Shown here piece after piece: positions 8,750 through 18,911 of a DNA stretch of 20,000 nucleotides. Within the stretch, counting starts at the first letter, position 1. Each line of letters opens with the position of its first letter. Origin of the DNA: Alloascoidea hylecoeti (Eukaryota); assembly GCA_001600815.1 (NCBI GenBank), contig BCKZ01000002.1, positions 1,729,582 to 1,749,581 of the forward strand, read 5' to 3'. Both the position numbers and the translations under genes were made by a program. The notes under the pieces are model-generated. The model made no database searches. It was not told the DNA's origin and saw only the letters and a program-made list of their open reading frames with translations.

Positions 8750-9662
8750 ATTTCAATATTAATATATATTTAATAAATTAATAAAATACAAATACTAACA
8801 TTTCTTTTATCCATTATGCCATTAATTGGCGCTTGTTGGATACAACATCTTCCACCATAAATCTGGAACCCGAAGATTGAAAATGAATCTACAAGTACTA
8901 GTGAGGGTACTCAACCACAATGATCTCCTGCGAAAGAGGAATAATTCATCGCTGATGATGATATTGAAAAACAATTACAAAATTCATAAGTTGCATGCAG
9001 TTGTTTAACATGTAAAAGATTGTGATCATGATATTGATGGAAGTTTTACTCATAAATAACGGGAAATTTTGCTCAAAGAATAATTTCTGAAAGAATATAG
9101 ACGTGTCAGAAAATGGCAGATATTTAATTTGATTTGCTATGCTTAAATAAATCCATTTCTTTGATATGTTACTTAAAATATCTTCCATATTTATACGTTT
9201 ATTTATGGCTTACATAGTACAAGTTGGGAATCTTAAAATTGAAGCAGAAGATATCTAGAAATATTAGAAAAAATTAACATGTTGTAATAAATCATTTAAT
9301 ATATGGCAAATAATTGTGCTATACCATTAGCAAGGACTATAATCTCATCCAATTGTTGAAAACGTAGTGTACCGGTACGCGTTGCTTCCTTTTTGCTGAT
9401 TGAATATAAATGGTTGTAATTATGCAAAACTAAGATGGTACAACGGTGCTAGCAGCGAAAAAATATTGGCGGAGAAAGAGGGAGTATGGTGGAACAACAT
9501 ATGCTACATCTCGTCCTTAAAGCCTCTTATCAGATAAATAGATTAAGACAAATAGATAAACTTCCATTTACTAACCTTATCTCACTTTCTCATATTAATC
9601 TATCAACTCACATATAAACTACACATAAGTAACTTACATTAAAAACTTTTGAGCATTAAAGA

Positions 9663-11693
9663 TTAACTATAAATTGGAACACTAATGGAATCTTTACCAA
9701 GTACAATAAGGTTCAATTTGTTATCAATGATTAAAGTTTGAAAATATTTAGGATTATAGTCCACTAATGGATTATTTAAACTAATAAATTTCCATTTTTT
9801 AGCTTCAATGTCATAAAGCATCAAATATTTAAAGCTTTTCCTATCCAATATTTGAATATTTGGATCAAAGATAGCTTCAAGGTAAAATTGAACTTTTATT
9901 GCTACATTATTATTATTCCAGAAATATGGATCAACTGTCATTTCGATTATATCAAAATTAGGATACTTAATGTTTATTATAGATTGAAGAATATCAATTG
10001 TAGGAGTTTCAACTATGGCCTTCCAAGCACAATGATCGTGATTATTACCATAATAACCATTGGAATCTATTTTATTTGAAGTGATATATCTTGAAGTATC
10101 AACGTCAACTTTTAAATGTTGATCATTATCAATGTTATTATCAATCATATTTAGGAAATTTATCACTGAAGTCCATAATAGTTGAAAGTCATCAATACGA
10201 CAAACATTATTAAAGAATTCGTCATCTAAAATTTTCCAGTTATAATGGATTTTGAACAAATTTGATCCAATCATGATAATCTGGGGGGTAAGGAGATGAG
10301 TATTCATTTGATGCCTTTCATACCAGGACATCCGAAATGTTCGTATCCTATATTCTGATACTCTTTGGTCGTAGTTGATTTTATATTTACCCATGTATTC
10401 TCCATTGGGAGTTTTAAACACTAACCAATAGTAAATGTCCACAGTTTGAATATCATAAACATTAAAAGAGTGCACTCTGACTGGTACTAGAGTATAAAAA
10501 TCGGATATTTGGATTTTAAAAAAAGTGGGAATTGATAAACTGTCAAAAATAAGTAGATTTAGATTCTCTTCAATATTGTATCGCAATTGTATTGTAGCTT
10601 TCCACACCATCGATGATTGTAATTGATCATGAGATACATGAACGTCAGCGATACTGGTCTTCTTATAGCACTTTATAACTATAGGCATATATTTTCCACT
10701 ATTATCCCCTAGATGATCGATTGAGATTAAATACTTTCCTGAAGTGATATCATTAATTTTTAAGAATTTTTCAGGTGTGAATAAGTTACTACGTCTGATT
10801 GCACAATCCCTCATTGTTTTTCTTTTTCTTCTTTTATAAAGTAAGTTAAATAATATAGGATCATAAAACTTTTTATCAAAATTCTTAGGTATATTTAAAT
10901 ATAACTGTTCAGAAAAATTGACAGGCAATATCCAATTGCTAGTTCTAGAACTATCTTTAACTTCAGTTGAAATAACATTTTCCCAATTGAATTGATGTAA
11001 TGGTTTATTAATTATTGCTGACGTTTGGGGGTATTTTGTACATAAGTTATTGACCAATTTTTTCGATTTTAAAATTGATTTTGTGTCTTGCTGAAAATAA
11101 ATATTTGACTGATTCTTGCAAACTGGTGAACACAATGGAATTATTTGAACCACACATTCATCATCAGGATGACGATCTTGTTCTATAATAGTTGTATCAG
11201 TAATTGTATTTTCAACTGAAGAAAATTTTAAAAGTCCAACAGGTGCAAAGTCTAGAAGAAATAAATCATTATATTCTACTTCATTTAGCAGAGTAAAAAA
11301 GTTCAGATACCTATTTTCGAAATCACTATCAAAGTCACTATATTCATGAACAATCTGATTTTGCCATAGCGAGAAAGCTGCCTTGCCATTTTCAATTATT
11401 TTAAAGCTTGGTTCTTCAAGTAAATCACAATTAAACAGATTCACAGTTTTAACAGGTTCATTGATCAAACTCTGGATCATTTTGTTTTGTTTGTATTTTA
11501 ATGATTTGATGCTCTTTCTTTGATTCCCTTTTGTGAGTGAATCCATTATAACAGCTGCATATTGCTCATTATAGTTCTGATTATAATAGGTGAAGAACAA
11601 ATTACATGTCTTGAACAATCTGAGGGCATCGACCGGAGAAAGATGCTCTGCGATGAGAATAATGACATCTCGAGGAAGGTCTACCAATTTCAT
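9663..11693 (-). CDS. F-box domain protein, 676 aa, divergent C-terminus
   Basis: Long uninterrupted ORF. N-terminal LVDLPRDVIILIAEHLSPVDALRLFKTCNLF fits the F-box pattern LxxLPxEIxxxIxxxLxxxDxxxLxxxC. Basic KRRKRK patch. Confidence 0.8.
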   Translation of the reverse strand: MKLVDLPRDVIILIAEHLSPVDALRLFKTCNLFFTYYNQNYNEQYAAVIMDSLTKGNQRKSIKSLKYKQNKMIQSLINEPVKTVNLFNCDLLEEPSFKIIENGKAAFSLWQNQIVHEYSDFDSDFENRYLNFFTLLNEVEYNDLFLLDFAPVGLLKFSSVENTITDTTIIEQDRHPDDECVVQIIPLCSPVCKNQSNIYFQQDTKSILKSKKLVNNLCTKYPQTSAIINKPLHQFNWENVISTEVKDSSRTSNWILPVNFSEQLYLNIPKNFDKKFYDPILFNLLYKRRKRKTMRDCAIRRSNLFTPEKFLKINDITSGKYLISIDHLGDNSGKYMPIVIKCYKKTSIADVHVSHDQLQSSMVWKATIQLRYNIEENLNLLIFDSLSIPTFFKIQISDFYTLVPVRVHSFNVYDIQTVDIYYWLVFKTPNGEYMGKYKINYDQRVSEYRIRTFRMSWYERHQMNTHLLTPQIIMIGSNLFKIHYNWKILDDEFFNNVCRIDDFQLLWTSVINFLNMIDNNIDNDQHLKVDVDTSRYITSNKIDSNGYYGNNHDHCAWKAIVETPTIDILQSIINIKYPNFDIIEMTVDPYFWNNNNVAIKVQFYLEAIFDPNIQILDRKSFKYLMLYDIEAKKWKFISLNNPLVDYNPKYFQTLIIDNKLNLIVLGKDSISVPIYS

Positions 11694-11800
11694 AATGGCA
11701 AAGTAGAGAAAATGGTGCTTTCATCTAGTCAGTATTAATATATATTATTTTGTACCGTAGATCCTACATACAACAGGATGTTGCATATAGCACCTAATAA

Positions 11801-12400
11801 TTATACGATTTCTGGGCATTGCCTCAAATCCGGATCCTCGGTCTTAATTATAAACTCCTGATGTTTGTAATTATCATTAAAGAAAATCTTCATATCAATG
11901 TATAATATTGGATTATGTATGATAAGCTTTAAATTCTTGAATAAGATTTTTTCAGGGGGCTCCTTAAAAGCATACATTGATTTCTTTGGTGTAGTGGTTT
12001 TTAACGTTGTCTGGAGCGATAAGAACCACCAACCCATATTCACTTCATTTTCTATTTTCATTAAAACTTTTCACTAAAACTCTTGTAGTGAATTATCTTT
12101 ACTGATTTCATTGATTGGGGCGATAATTTCATGATCAACTATACTAATTATACAAATTATAAGAATGTTAATAGTACTTCTAAACTAGGTAAACATAGCA
12201 AAGATCAATATCCAAACATATAATCAATTGAATATCGAATATCTTCCAAAAACGGGAATGGATATGCTATTTACTGGATCATTTCATAGATTCAAATTCC
12301 CCCTTTAATCAGATATCATCATTCAAAATACATCAAATTTTCCAAATGTTCCAAATCTAAATTTGAATATTAATTTCTTCTAATGAAATGGAAGAAATTC
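11801..12400 (-). pseudogene. Possible decayed protein-coding gene with LRR-like fragments
   Basis: The 86-aa ORF continues upstream in frame across two adjacent stops (IVDHEIIAPINEISKDNSLQEF**KVL-MKIENE). Further upstream are stop/frameshift-broken fragments ISLEEINIQI, NLDLEHLENLMYFE, FPFLEDIRYS and LCLPSLEVLL. Confidence 0.3.
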
Positions 12401-14382
12401 AACTTCAAATACACATTTACATAATTATTACTATGCATAGTATCTTAATTCTAATAATTTTTATTTGTGTAAAAGCTGAGCGTTCTTCTACAATTTAGCG
12501 TATTGATCTCAGAGTTAACGTCCACCAACTCCATTGAACGATTTTGCCGTTTTATTTCTTAATACTACTTAAGGGGTCTCTTTTTGTTCTGCTTTTAAGT
12601 TCACTTATAAAGCACTCAATTTGCTTACAGTTCAGTATGATCACCTTTTCAAATTCCATTTGATTCAATAAAGCTTACCCACACCTCATTAGAGTAAATT
12701 ATTTAAGGGTCAAGTGCCTGGAATGACTTTTATCAAACATATCCTCTTTGTGATAGTCGAATATCTTACCGTTTCCGGCACGACATGGGAACACTTTAAT
12801 CTATATTTAGTTAGTATCCATCATCTAGATTCTTCTCAATTACGTAACAGTCGTTATATGTCGATAATGCTCCATATTCACGTTTTGCATAATTCATCTT
12901 TTGGGTGGTATGCTGGTGAATATAATTACACTTTCAGCTGATTGATATCAATTCTATTCAAGATTAAGGGTAAACTTTTACATTTGATTTTGATTTCCTG
13001 CCTTTCCTGCTACTCAGACCGGATTAAGATATTCTGATAATCCTTAACTTTTTAATAGTTAGATTGGCTACTATTTCTCGAAAGTAGGCCCTTTGGTTCA
13101 TTACAAATTGATTTTGTTAATAGGCGGGAAACTATTTAAAAGAATGTCAATTGGCGTTGAAGAAGATGAATCTTTATAAGTATTTATTGATAATTAATCG
13201 TATTTATCAGTTCAAACCACGGTCTTTACACACCATATACAAGACCTTGAACTTTTCTTAAGATATACTAGATGTTATATTTCTTTTGTTTGGTACTACT
13301 TATTTTTTACTTTCTAAGCCAATAAAATGCAGGTTTTGAAATAAGCTTTTAGTTTCGAATTTTAACCCACCAAAAACATTACCAAATATATATTTAACTT
13401 TACACTCAAAAAGTTTTAAAGTTATAATATAAGCTTATACTTCAAAGATATGTCCGAATTCTGCAAAAGCAAAAAACAAACCAATTCGGTAGATCTTTTC
13501 CTCGTCATTATACCGAATCACAGAGAATAAGATGATAAAATCCCGTAGATTTTGTTATAGAAACTAAAAAATGAATGAAAAAATTAAAATCATTACTCTC
13601 GAATTTTAAAGAATTCTTTCCGAATTAGTCTGATGATTTATTACCAGAATAAAATGAATTAGATAAATGAAGAGCTAACGGTGATGTAACCCAAACGGAG
13701 TAGTTAAGAAAAAACAAAGAAATAGAGAATCAAAACATTTAAGCCCAGTAGTTAATGATCTGGTTTAAGTTTTCATTCAAATAATCCTCATTTAAATAAT
13801 GGTCAATCAAGTTAGTTCTGCAGAGTAGCTGTTAACTATAGTAAATCCTGGAATGGTATTCCGGGTCACTGCCATTTGATCGTATGAAAAGTACCGGTTA
13901 TTTTTATCGGGGTCATAAACGGCTCGTCGTATAATTAGGCATGACCCGACCAAAAATTTTCCCATAGTAAATAAGCGGGCTGCACAAAATGCGTGCACAA
14001 AATGGCAAAATGGTACGGGTCATATTGTCAATCTTATACCGGTACACTTTAAAATAATATAATAATCTATATAACTTCTATAAAGATATAATTTAAAAGA
14101 AGAATTAATCTTTGATTGCTGAAAGCTTATGTTCAATCTAAATTATGATCTTAGAAAATGGCATGCAATTAAAGGATAAAGTATTTTCAGCACACATAGA
14201 TTCTTACCATATATTTCAATTGTGTGGAACGTTTATGAGTCAAGAAGATCAAATCCTACAGAATAATTAAATAATTAGATTTAAATTTATACCACTCAAA
14301 TAAATATCTTTAGTGTATAGTTATTTAATTATACAGAAGCCAATATTTTTACTCATAAGTTCCACCTCAAAGGCTCCCAATT

Positions 14383-17016
14383 TCAAAAGTTATTTTTCAA
14401 CATTCTTTCTATAGAAGGAGTACCAAAGTCAATAACTGTCAGATCTTCCCGTAGTATAAATTCTTTATTACGGACGCTGAAATCCACAACGGTCTCTAAC
14501 TTACGCGTCCTCAAAGGAATCATATAAATCATATCCTTATAAACCTTTAGTAATTCAGATGTAGACCAATAAATATAAGCACATTTACCTGGTGCTCTAG
14601 GCCTGTAGACTGGTAAGTATGGGTGGGTGAACCTTTTTAAAAGCTTACCAGTAGTGATTCTATAGACCATTAATCTATTTGTATAGACCATTAATCGATA
14701 ATCATAGCTTGTGATTCCGACCACCATCATATCATCGTTAAAATTCAATGATTGAATATAATAAAATATTGGCTCAATACGATTTTCTCTATTATAGTCT
14801 TTAATTTCAGAAAGAGATATAGACCAATGATAAAATAACTTTGCCCCAGAAGAATATAGTTTCCAAATACACATACTTATGTTCTTGTGAAATCCATTAT
14901 GATCACGATGAATCTTCTCTCTCAATTCGTAGAGTTTTCCTTTAAACGATTTAAAAGCCAAAATTTGACCAGCGGATTTAAACTTCAAATAAGAAATAGG
15001 ATAGTTAGCTGGAAATTGAGGGACAATGTTTAAGTTTAAAAATTGATCCGGACAATTAGTTGATCTTTCTGATGTATCAAAATTATAACTTTCATCATAA
15101 TTATAAAGATGTCTAAACTCTAATTGTTCACGGGCCCGTAATTTATTATTAGTTTCAAGTACCACCGGTATCTCTGTTGGAATTCCTGCCTTTAGGGTCC
15201 GGGGATTTAATTCTATGGCCACTCTTCTATCATACCAGATAATATCATATTTTCTTACTCGAAGGATGATTGCTAGAACTACATTTTCTAATTCGAAACA
15301 ATCTTGATAATAATTGTTCGTTTCTTCAATTTCAACATTAAGAATGGTCTCGCTACATTCAGGGGGGACAGAAATTAATTCCTTAAAATCATAAAGAGTT
15401 GTCGTGACTTCTCCTGTTGGTAAATGTATAATTTTAAAATCTGTTTCATGGCCATCTAATAATGCAAAGTCGGAGTTTTTACTTAATCGCCGTAATCTGT
15501 ATGATGCTAGATCCGAAGTTGTATAATGAGGTATTCCTGGGTAATAATTTTTCCTCTGCAACACCACATTATTATCATCATCATAATAACCATTATCATA
15601 ATCATAGTCATTACCAAAGTCATTTCCATTTCCATTTCCATTATTATCATTATTATTACCATTGTCATTGCCGTTATTATCATTATCATCATCGCTTTCT
15701 TCGTATGCATCATAAAAAGGTGTTTCGGGAGTGTAACATGTATTCTGATATATAATGTCCCTTAAATTTCCAGGAATGTTAGATATATCACTATGCTTGA
15801 CATATTCAAATCTAAGTTGTTCAACTTTCTCATCGGAGTGAACAAATGTGATTTTTCGATTACTAGGGTCCAGTAAACAATCCTCAATATGAACATGGCT
15901 ATTAAGAATCCAATAATCAACCGATTCTAATTTATCAGGATTTGTGATCTTCCATTGTTGAAGAAAGTCGACCATATATGGAGATATTATTGTACTCATA
16001 TATGTGATATCGATTGGAGTTTTCAATTCATCATCAATATTTCTCGACTTCAATCGATCATGAATATCATAACTTATCTCAACTTTAATTAAGGAAACTG
16101 CTATTGAATGGAATAATATGATATAGTCTCCTTTTGCACGGATATTAAATAGGAACCAGTCTGCTTCTGTCATTTTAGTTGAAAATCTTTCCACTGGATC
16201 GGTCTCATTATTGTCACCTAAGCCATTCACTTTTTCTATTTTTTTTTTGTAGAATTCTGTATTATTCAAATTAAATTCTTTAATTATATTAAAACTACCA
16301 GAGAATTGTAAAGTATTATCAAATATAATAACTTCCGTCGTCTCATTATTATATCTTAAAATAAATTCTCCACAATCCAGGGTTACGAACCTATAAGTCC
16401 AATACTCTTTGATATTCTTATCTTGCTTCTGTAAGGAAACGATATTGGAAACCGTAGCAGTAGGATTAGCTAAATTTAAAGTTAATAGTCTTTTAGATAA
16501 TTTTTTATAGCTCATATTATACTTATAATCATCGAATACTTTGGTGATGAGAAAAGAATTTTGATATAACTGTACATATTCTTGTGTTTTATTATTGACA
16601 ATTCTATTATATTCCAAGAATAATTTGTAACCGAAGCCATTTTTAATGAGACAAACGATTTTGTCATAAGCGTTTTTCAAGCGTCTACGCTTTCCAATTA
16701 CACCATTTAAATTTAAATTACTGTGCATTTTAGTTTTGAGTGTACCAGTAAATTTACTCATCCTTTCAATGGTAGCCACTAGCCATAGTTTGTACTTTTT
16801 CCGTTCTGAAGGAGATAAGACTAGTTTCCAAAATCCGGATTGATTAATATGGTTGTACCAATAACGAGATACGTCTTGAGTCTGTTTGAGTTCTAACAAT
16901 GATCCTTGATCAACTATATGACTAAATATTTCGACTAAAACTTCTGGTGGGAAAACCCTCATTGGATCCCTTCTGTTTGGTAATCGTAATAACTCTAAAT
17001 TAGTATTATGATCCAT
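14383..17016 (-). CDS. F-box domain protein, 877 aa, with possible degenerate WD40-like C-terminal region
   Basis: Long uninterrupted ORF. N-terminal DPMRVFPPEVLVEIFSHI...QDVSRYWYNHINQSGFWK matches an F-box. KRRRLK patch, D/N-rich tract, and WD-like segments DFKIIHLPTGEVTTTL and IQSLNFNDDMMVVG...RLMVYRITTGKLLKRF. Confidence 0.82.
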   Translation of the reverse strand: MDHNTNLELLRLPNRRDPMRVFPPEVLVEIFSHIVDQGSLLELKQTQDVSRYWYNHINQSGFWKLVLSPSERKKYKLWLVATIERMSKFTGTLKTKMHSNLNLNGVIGKRRRLKNAYDKIVCLIKNGFGYKLFLEYNRIVNNKTQEYVQLYQNSFLITKVFDDYKYNMSYKKLSKRLLTLNLANPTATVSNIVSLQKQDKNIKEYWTYRFVTLDCGEFILRYNNETTEVIIFDNTLQFSGSFNIIKEFNLNNTEFYKKKIEKVNGLGDNNETDPVERFSTKMTEADWFLFNIRAKGDYIILFHSIAVSLIKVEISYDIHDRLKSRNIDDELKTPIDITYMSTIISPYMVDFLQQWKITNPDKLESVDYWILNSHVHIEDCLLDPSNRKITFVHSDEKVEQLRFEYVKHSDISNIPGNLRDIIYQNTCYTPETPFYDAYEESDDDNDNNGNDNGNNNDNNGNGNGNDFGNDYDYDNGYYDDDNNVVLQRKNYYPGIPHYTTSDLASYRLRRLSKNSDFALLDGHETDFKIIHLPTGEVTTTLYDFKELISVPPECSETILNVEIEETNNYYQDCFELENVVLAIILRVRKYDIIWYDRRVAIELNPRTLKAGIPTEIPVVLETNNKLRAREQLEFRHLYNYDESYNFDTSERSTNCPDQFLNLNIVPQFPANYPISYLKFKSAGQILAFKSFKGKLYELREKIHRDHNGFHKNISMCIWKLYSSGAKLFYHWSISLSEIKDYNRENRIEPIFYYIQSLNFNDDMMVVGITSYDYRLMVYTNRLMVYRITTGKLLKRFTHPYLPVYRPRAPGKCAYIYWSTSELLKVYKDMIYMIPLRTRKLETVVDFSVRNKEFILREDLTVIDFGTPSIERMLKNNF
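15568..15695 (-). repeat. Trinucleotide-like low-complexity tract encoding a D/N/G-rich linker of the 877-aa F-box protein
   Basis: ATT/ATC/TCC repeats on the + strand encode DDDNDNNGNDNGNNNDNNGNGNGNDFGNDYDYDNGYYDDDNN on the - strand. Confidence 0.85.
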
Positions 17017-18911
17017 ATCGATGTCGGCTGATTATAATAATGTAATCGGTAGTATATTAAAGTATTGTGCCAGCTTATAGCAAGCTTAAGTAATATATAT
17101 AAATTGTTTATATATTGATAAAGAAAAAGTGAGGTAATTAAACAGAAATATAAAAATTTATATTATAACTATAAAACTAGTACTATAAATAATTTTTTTT
17201 ATGCAGGATGGGGAGGTTGCGCAATTGTGTTGTGTTCCAAAAAAGGATACTATAGTAATATTAATTCACGGCCTAAATTAGTGAGCATTCTTGGAAGTAT
17301 TCACTCCTGATCAGTAAAGTAGAGTTTATATGGCTTTTTGGTGCAACTGGAACTACACAGTCTCTTTGACTTGCATAATTCAAAATTAAAGGAGCTCGTT
17401 ACTAAAACCCAAGTAATTTTTGATCATTCAACCAAGTTATGACAATTTGTCTTGATAGGATCAATGTAAAGAGTTTAAAAGCTTATAGCTGTAAGTACCG
17501 GCTGCCTTTAACACACAATATCTTACTATGTATGAATTTCAAAACTATATGGGCAAAAACCCTCCTGATGATTTAATTATCAACTAGAATCGGGGGATTT
17601 AAGTGATGTCAAATGTGAAGCTTTGACTAATCTATTCATATAGATGAGTCTGATTGTGATTTAGTAAACTTGGACATTGATTGATTCTTAACCACTTCTT
17701 CATTATCATGTTTCTTGTTGATTCACACCTTATGGAATAATAGTTTAAGATAAATGATTTCAGGCTCCTCTTTAGCAATTAATTGCTAGAATAATCATCA
17801 CTTCCAAACTCTTGATTAAAATAATTGTCAGAAAAAGATGTAATATTTTGGTTTTCCTAATTAAACACTACTTGTCGAATTACCCGAGGTTTACACAATA
17901 TTCATATTCTTATTATATCATTACACAATCATCTGGACCTACCATTGAGTTTTCAAACTGAAAAGTATAAAAATCATTTAATATTTTTTAATCGTTGGAC
18001 TTAAACGTTTATTATGGCCCAAGGTTTGCAACAGTCTCAATAATATTATGAGATTATCTCGATTACAATAATCCCATCCATATGTGTTTCAGAAAATGTT
18101 TCATTCAGCTTTTTGTATACTTGACTCTGATTCCAGACAATTGACTTTAAGTAGAGAGTTTATATCATTGAATGAGATACATATGTTAAATTCCTTGACA
18201 AACGTAATTAATTCTAATTGGTTTGAATTATTATAGCTAGCGCTGATGCTAAAACATATATAACACATGAAAACATAATAGTGAAGACATTTAAAGTATA
18301 ATCAATATTATAAGTTTAAAGATACGAGTTAGCTATCGTTGTAGATAAGCTCTTCGTTTTTTCTACTTTTACAACGCGTGAGTTAGCATCCTTGAATCAT
18401 TGAAATTGAAATGTAACTAAGGGTAAAATTATTAAAGTAGTATTGTAATGAATAACTGGGAAATATCAATATTAATTCATTGAATGTTTACCTGTAGTAC
18501 TTTAAATACATGTGTCATAGCTTTGGACATAACATTCTATGATTATAATATATCGTCGACGTCAGATCCAACATAGAACTAACCATAGATAACAATTAAT
18601 ACATGTATTGCAATTAAACAAAACAAATTACAATTAAAGCATCATATATAAAAATTATACAATTTTAATTTATCTCATATATTATTATTATACTAATACT
18701 AATATTCATTGACACAATCATGAAGATTCAGACAGAGCAAGTTACAAAAAAAACAGATTTATAGCAAATATGAACGAGCATTTTTCTAAAGAGTGAATAT
18801 AATCAGTTAATCAATCAAGAAAAAAGAAGAAGATATTTAATAATAAAAAAAACAATTAATCAGCCGATTAATTAACAATTAACAATTAACAACTAACAAA
18901 TATTAATAAGT

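Larger units (their letters stand above)
7160..8791. repeat. Long inverted repeat: arms 7160-7949 and 8002-8791 (790 bp each), 52-bp spacer 7950-8001
   Basis: Line-by-line comparison shows the arms are reverse complements (paired coordinates sum to 15951) with no called mismatch. The only ambiguities are N at 7340 and at the mirrored pair 7905/8046. Confidence 0.97.

Noticed and set aside
7160..8791. Palindrome read as a DNA transposon with long TIRs or as an inverted-repeat centromere
   Set aside because: No transposase and no target-site duplication recognised. The arms are mostly coding and the 52-bp core is far smaller than in known yeast inverted-repeat centromeres.
8826..9188. ORFs 8826-9008 (+) and 8946-9188 (-)
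   Set aside because: Short, overlapping and without a convincing motif; not supportable as genes.
9852..10079. 75-aa plus-strand ORF
   Set aside because: Antisense to the 676-aa F-box gene, with a non-ATG start.
15462..15765. His/Tyr-, Ile- and Met-rich ORFs
   Set aside because: Alternative-frame translations of the D/N trinucleotide tract within the F-box gene.
18101..18268. 55-aa minus-strand ORF with an F-box-like fragment (ISFNDINSLLKVN)
   Set aside because: Lacks the LPxE core; resemblance too weak to call.
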